Source: Candidatus Krumholzibacteriota bacterium (GTDB taxonomy: Bacteria > Krumholzibacteriota > Krumholzibacteriia > LZORAL124-64-63). Taken from it: a stretch of DNA of 11,176 nucleotides. The notes under the pieces were generated by a model that had not been told where the DNA came from, searched no databases, and saw only the letters and a program-made list of their open reading frames with translations. The translations under genes were made by a program, and so were the position numbers. The stretch spans positions 1 through 11,176 of the forward strand of contig JBDLKA010000112.1 of assembly GCA_039714075.1 (NCBI GenBank), in the 5' to 3' direction. Numbering within the stretch: the first letter of the stretch is position 1; every line of letters begins with the position of its first letter. Below are positions 6,120 to 11,176 of the stretch, one piece after another.

Positions 6120-8018
6120 ATGGACCGCATCCGACCCGCTTTTTCCCGCTCTTTTCTTCTGTGGATCCTGTTTACCCTGTGCCTGTCACTGGGACTGCTG
6201 GCCGTGGGCGGCTGTTCCGAGCAGAGCGCCCTGCTGGATCCTGCCGAGCGGGCCGGAGTATCGGACGGCAAAGCCCATACGGACACCTTCACGCTGCTTG
6301 CCTACGACCTGGATTCCGTTCACCTGGCCGGCTCGTTCAACGGCTGGGTCGACAACGATCCCGCCTGGGAACTGACCCTGCAGCCGGACGGCTACTCCTG
6401 GCGCCTGATCGCCCAGGTTCCCGACGGCATGATCACCTACAAGTTCGTCCTGAGGATCGGCGCCCAGATGGAATGGCTGACCGATCCCGCGGCGGTCGAG
6501 GTCACTCCGGACGGCTTTCACAGCAGTCCCGCCTACTGGAATTCCCAGCGCGGCCGCCAGATCGTGACCCCGGACCCACTGCCCGCGCCCATCGACCGGA
6601 CCAGACTGGTGATCTACGAAGTCAACCTCAACGACTTCAGCGCCACGGGCACCTTCGCCGGCGCGACGGCCAACCTGACCGCCCTGGCTGATCTGGCCGA
6701 CCTGGGCGTCAACGCCATCGAACTGATGCCGGTGACCGCGCCCTCGTACAACGGCTGGGGGTACGATCCGGTCCTGCAGTACGCGCCCAACCCGTTCTTC
6801 GGCTGGCCGACCACCTTCGCCGGCCTGGTGGACGCCGCCCACGACCTCGGCATGGCCGTCATCCTGGACTCGGTGATCAACCACATGTCCGGCAGCGCGC
6901 CGCTGCGGCAGCTGGACGATTTCACCGGCACCAACCACTTCACAACCACCGAGGCCAATCCCTGGGGCCTGGTCGAACTCAACTGGACCGACCCCGCCCT
7001 TAAGGAGCATATCCTGGGCTCCCTGTGCCATTGGGTCGATACTTACAAGGTGGACGGTTTCCGTTTCGATTACATCGGCGGCGAGCCCTACTCGACCTGG
7101 GTTTGGGTAAAAGACCAGCTGAGGGCCAAGTATCCCGATCTTCTTTTGATCGCCGAGGATTTCAACTATCCCGCCAACTCGATCACCTACGGCTTCGACG
7201 CCCAGTGGGGCGGCAACCACACCGACGGCTGGGGCGGCGGCGGCAACAACTTCAACCAGGTCATGATCACGGCCCTGACCCAGAACGGTTTCGCCTGGCG
7301 CGGGGAACTTGTGCCCTCGGTGGGCGCCTGGGGTATTGCCTACAACAACATGTGGGCCGTGGCCAACGTGATTTCCGGCAACAGCAACTACGCCGGCGCG
7401 GCCCCTGGCGACGGGTTCAGCGACGTTAAATTCCTCGAGAGCCACGACGAGAACCGGGTCGCCTGGTCGGTGGACAACATCGGGTCGGTCGATGCGCAGA
7501 CCATCGGCGGGATACGGAAGGCCCATCTGGGAGCGGTCGTCTCCCTGACCAGCGTCGGCATTCCCATGATCTACAACGGGCAGGAGATCGGCAGCGACGA
7601 ATACCGTCCGCAGGGGACTTCGACCTACAAGATCAACTGGAACGGCGGCGACGCCGGGGTGCGCCGCGCCTACAAGGCCCTGATCAACTTCCGCTTGAAC
7701 CATCCGGCCCTGAACACGGAAAACATCTTCTTCCATTGGCGGCCGGGAAATATCGATCAGGTGGAATACACCATGGTCTACTGGCGGGGATCGACCAATG
7801 TCGACAACCAGGCCGAAGTCGTGGTGGCCTGCAATTTCGATCACCTGGACCACACCCTGGACGTGCCGTTCCCCGCGACGGGGATCTGGGTCAAATACGA
7901 CGCGTTGGCCGGCAACATGGAGACGGTTTCCGTTCCCGGCCCGACCCGGACCATGATCATTCCGGCCTCGAGCGCCTTGATGTGGTTCAAGGAAGACGGG
8001 GTTACCGGAGTGCCCTGA
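6120..8018 (+). CDS. GH13 alpha-amylase-family lipoprotein with N-terminal CBM48-like domain (TreZ/branching-enzyme-like clade), 632 aa
   Basis: ATG 6120 preferred over 6090 because of SD GGAG at 6110-6113. Basic N-region, hydrophobic stretch, lipobox-like AVGG-C. CBM48-like VHLAGSFNGW...YKFV...DP. GH13 motifs LVIYE, LGVNAIELMPV, WGYDP, VILDSVINH, DGFRFD, IAED, FLESHDE, GIPMIYNGQE. Confidence 0.9.
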   Translation: MDRIRPAFSRSFLLWILFTLCLSLGLLAVGGCSEQSALLDPAERAGVSDGKAHTDTFTLLAYDLDSVHLAGSFNGWVDNDPAWELTLQPDGYSWRLIAQVPDGMITYKFVLRIGAQMEWLTDPAAVEVTPDGFHSSPAYWNSQRGRQIVTPDPLPAPIDRTRLVIYEVNLNDFSATGTFAGATANLTALADLADLGVNAIELMPVTAPSYNGWGYDPVLQYAPNPFFGWPTTFAGLVDAAHDLGMAVILDSVINHMSGSAPLRQLDDFTGTNHFTTTEANPWGLVELNWTDPALKEHILGSLCHWVDTYKVDGFRFDYIGGEPYSTWVWVKDQLRAKYPDLLLIAEDFNYPANSITYGFDAQWGGNHTDGWGGGGNNFNQVMITALTQNGFAWRGELVPSVGAWGIAYNNMWAVANVISGNSNYAGAAPGDGFSDVKFLESHDENRVAWSVDNIGSVDAQTIGGIRKAHLGAVVSLTSVGIPMIYNGQEIGSDEYRPQGTSTYKINWNGGDAGVRRAYKALINFRLNHPALNTENIFFHWRPGNIDQVEYTMVYWRGSTNVDNQAEVVVACNFDHLDHTLDVPFPATGIWVKYDALAGNMETVSVPGPTRTMIIPASSALMWFKEDGVTGVP

Positions 8019-8039
8019 TCACCCGGTTCGTGACTATAT

Positions 8040-9443
8040 TCAGCGCACGTATCCCAGGGAGCGCAGGCGTTTGCGTTCCTCTTCGCTCATCGGCTGGAGA
8101 TCCTTGAACTCGCGTCCCCAGGTCTCGACCTTGCCCTTTTCCCATTCCAGCAGCAGGGGCTGCATCTGTTGGACCTTGCCGTGGTCGGGATTGAAGAGGT
8201 CGCGCTTTTCCAGGGGATCGGCATCGCGGTCGAACAACATCCACCGGTCCTCGTCCAGGTCATGGATCAGTTTCCAGTTCTCCAGGCTGACCGCCGCCAG
8301 GAAGGCTTCTTTTTCGGCTGCTGGCGTGTCCTTTTCATCGTCGGGAGCCAGAAAACTGACCTCGGAAAACAGGGGTCTTTTCCACTTCCCGCTCGCGCCG
8401 TCCAGCAATTCCTTCAGGGATCTTCCGTCCCAGGAAGCATCCTGCGGGGGAGTGCGGGAAAGATCCATCAGGGTGGGCATGATGTCGTTCAGGGAAACCG
8501 GCTCGTCCACGACCCGGGGCTGCAGGCGTCCCGGCAGGCTGAAGACCATGGGGACGTGCAGCAGCGTGTCGTAGAGAAAATGGGTGTGGCCGATCCAGTC
8601 GTGTTCCATGAACTCCTCGCCGTGATCGGCGGTCAAAATCACCAGGGTGTTTTCTTTCAGGCCGAGGGTTTCCAGCTGCGCCAAAAGCTTGCCGATGAAT
8701 TTGTCGGTGTAGGAAATCTCCTCCCGGTAAAGCCCGCGCAAAAAGTCCACGTCCGCATCAACCATCTTGTGGCGGTTGTACCGGAGGCTGACGATGTCCC
8801 GGCTCCATTCATGGACCTGTCCCTGGTATCCGCTGGTCTGATCGAATTCCTCGTGATGCATATATTCACTGTGCGGATCGAAATAGTGCACGAACAGGAA
8901 AAACCGCTCGTCCTTCAACCGGCGCATTTCCATGATGGCATTCCTGGTGACTTCCTGGGAAGTCACCGCCCTGTGCCCGCCTACCGCATTGTCGTTGAAC
9001 CGCTCGAAACCCTGGCCAAAGCCCTGTTTGGTATTGATCAGGAAATGGGATATCACGCCTGAAGTCCTGAAACCCCGTTCGCCCAGGGCGCGGGCCAGCG
9101 TGAAACTGCTGTCCGGAAGGGTGTCCATCAGGTGCAGCACCTTGTTCCGGGAGGGAGTCTGCCCGGTAAACAGGGAAGCGACCGCCGGCTGGGTCCAGGG
9201 CGCCGGGGAATAGGCCCGGTTGAATTTGACCCCTTCCCGGGCCAGGGCGTCCATGTTCGGCGAGGTATCCAGACCCTCGCTCCAGGCGCCGACATGGCCG
9301 GCCCCCATGGTATCGACGACGATCAACAGAACGTTGACGTCTTCCAGGTCGAACGACCCCTCCTCCTGCCCTCCCCCGCAGCCGGACAAAAAAAGAGCGG
9401 CCAAAACCAGGTGCAGGATCAGAAAGTTGGGGGATTTTTTCAT
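8040..9443 (-). CDS. Sulfatase-like hydrolase/transferase lipoprotein (alkaline phosphatase superfamily), 467 aa
   Basis: Lipobox LSG-C. Motifs NVLLIVVDT, SPNMDALAREGVKF, SPAPWTQPAVASLFTG, FFLFVHYFDPH, ENTLVILTADHGEEF, LHVPMV, VSLNDIMPT, and C-terminal LRSLGY. Confidence 0.9.
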   Translation of the reverse strand: MKKSPNFLILHLVLAALFLSGCGGGQEEGSFDLEDVNVLLIVVDTMGAGHVGAWSEGLDTSPNMDALAREGVKFNRAYSPAPWTQPAVASLFTGQTPSRNKVLHLMDTLPDSSFTLARALGERGFRTSGVISHFLINTKQGFGQGFERFNDNAVGGHRAVTSQEVTRNAIMEMRRLKDERFFLFVHYFDPHSEYMHHEEFDQTSGYQGQVHEWSRDIVSLRYNRHKMVDADVDFLRGLYREEISYTDKFIGKLLAQLETLGLKENTLVILTADHGEEFMEHDWIGHTHFLYDTLLHVPMVFSLPGRLQPRVVDEPVSLNDIMPTLMDLSRTPPQDASWDGRSLKELLDGASGKWKRPLFSEVSFLAPDDEKDTPAAEKEAFLAAVSLENWKLIHDLDEDRWMLFDRDADPLEKRDLFNPDHGKVQQMQPLLLEWEKGKVETWGREFKDLQPMSEEERKRLRSLGYVR

Positions 9444-9590
9444 CTTCTTACCTTTTTGTTCGGCCCTGGGTCAGGTTTGCCGGTAACCGGAAATCCTTGG
9501 AAGTCGTTCGTGCCCTATGATAACCTTGCCCGGCGTTATGGGGAGGGAAATTTCCCCGTTACTTCGGGATTCGGCGAGTGGAGGCGCGCC

Positions 9591-10691
<1,101 letters not shown>

Positions 10692-10701
10692 CAGAGGCCG
10701 C

Positions 10702-11176
10702 ATGCGCTACACCACCGACATCGTCGTTATCGACCTCGAGGCCACCTGCCCCACCGAGGACCAGGGCAACAACACCGTCGAGCGCAGCAGCATCATCGAG
10801 ATCGGGGCGGTGCGGCTGGATCGGCGCAGCCTGGAAATCAAAGAGGAATTCAGCGAGCTGGTGCGGCCCGAAGACTATCCCATCGTGCCGTTCATTACCG
10901 ACATCACCGGCATTGCGCCGGATATGGTTGCGGGCAAGGACACCTTCGCCGATGTCGGCCGCCGTTTCATGGATTGGTACGGGCCGCGGAACAAGGCCAT
11001 CATCGCCGCTTTCGGGGCCTACTACGACATTCCGTTGTTGAGGAAGGAATGCGCCAGGTACGGGTTGGACTACCGCAGCCACATTGCCGGGGGCGCGTTC
11101 GATCTGCGTGCCGTGGCCACCGTCTGGTTGGCCGCCAACAACCATCGCACCAGCGGGCTGACCTTGAATTCGATCC
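10702..11176 (+). CDS. DEDDh 3'-5' exonuclease (ERI-1/KapD/DnaQ-like), partial at the 3' end
   Basis: Translated by hand because it is absent from the ORF track. SD AGAGG at 10693-10697, ATG 10702: MRYTTDIVVIDLEATCP...IIEIGAVRLD...FSELVRP...FITDITGI...F...FMDW...AFGAYYDIPLLRKEC...FDLR. ExoI DxE and ExoII YD are present and the frame is open to the window end. Confidence 0.88.
   Translation, partial: MRYTTDIVVIDLEATCPTEDQGNNTVERSSIIEIGAVRLDRRSLEIKEEFSELVRPEDYPIVPFITDITGIAPDMVAGKDTFADVGRRFMDWYGPRNKAIIAAFGAYYDIPLLRKECARYGLDYRSHIAGGAFDLRAVATVWLAANNHRTSGLTLNSI

Noticed and set aside
9132..9590. 153-aa N-terminal extension of the ABC ATPase
   Set aside because: It overlaps the sulfatase gene on the other strand. 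Family homology starts at TTG 9591, which has a GGAGG SD.

Overview
GC-rich bacterial window that is mostly an alpha-glucan (starch/glycogen/maltodextrin) utilisation locus. The minus strand carries a secreted 1013-aa GH13 neopullulanase/cyclomaltodextrinase-like enzyme with three N-terminal CBM48/AMPK-beta-like modules. It is followed by two tandem paralogous secreted proteins with no catalytic domain: signal peptide, an amylopullulanase-type 'GQG...GxNDEY' module, two Cys-rich CBM20 domains and a shared C-terminal PVxVEEAAWGT(I/L)KGMYR tail. Divergent from these is a CBM48-GH13 lipoprotein, then a convergent sulfatase-like lipoprotein with a non-canonical (Thr) active-site motif, a MalK/MsmX/UgpC-type sugar ABC ATPase, and a DEDDh 3'-5' exonuclease that runs off the window and is missing from the ORF track. 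The first ~100 bp look like the right half of a palindromic MITE. Three strong stem-loops punctuate the minus-strand cluster, one directly abutting a ribosome-binding site. From memory, WGxIKxxY tails are typical of Krumholzibacteriota/Latescibacterota/Eisenbacteria-like genomes; this taxonomic guess is inference only.
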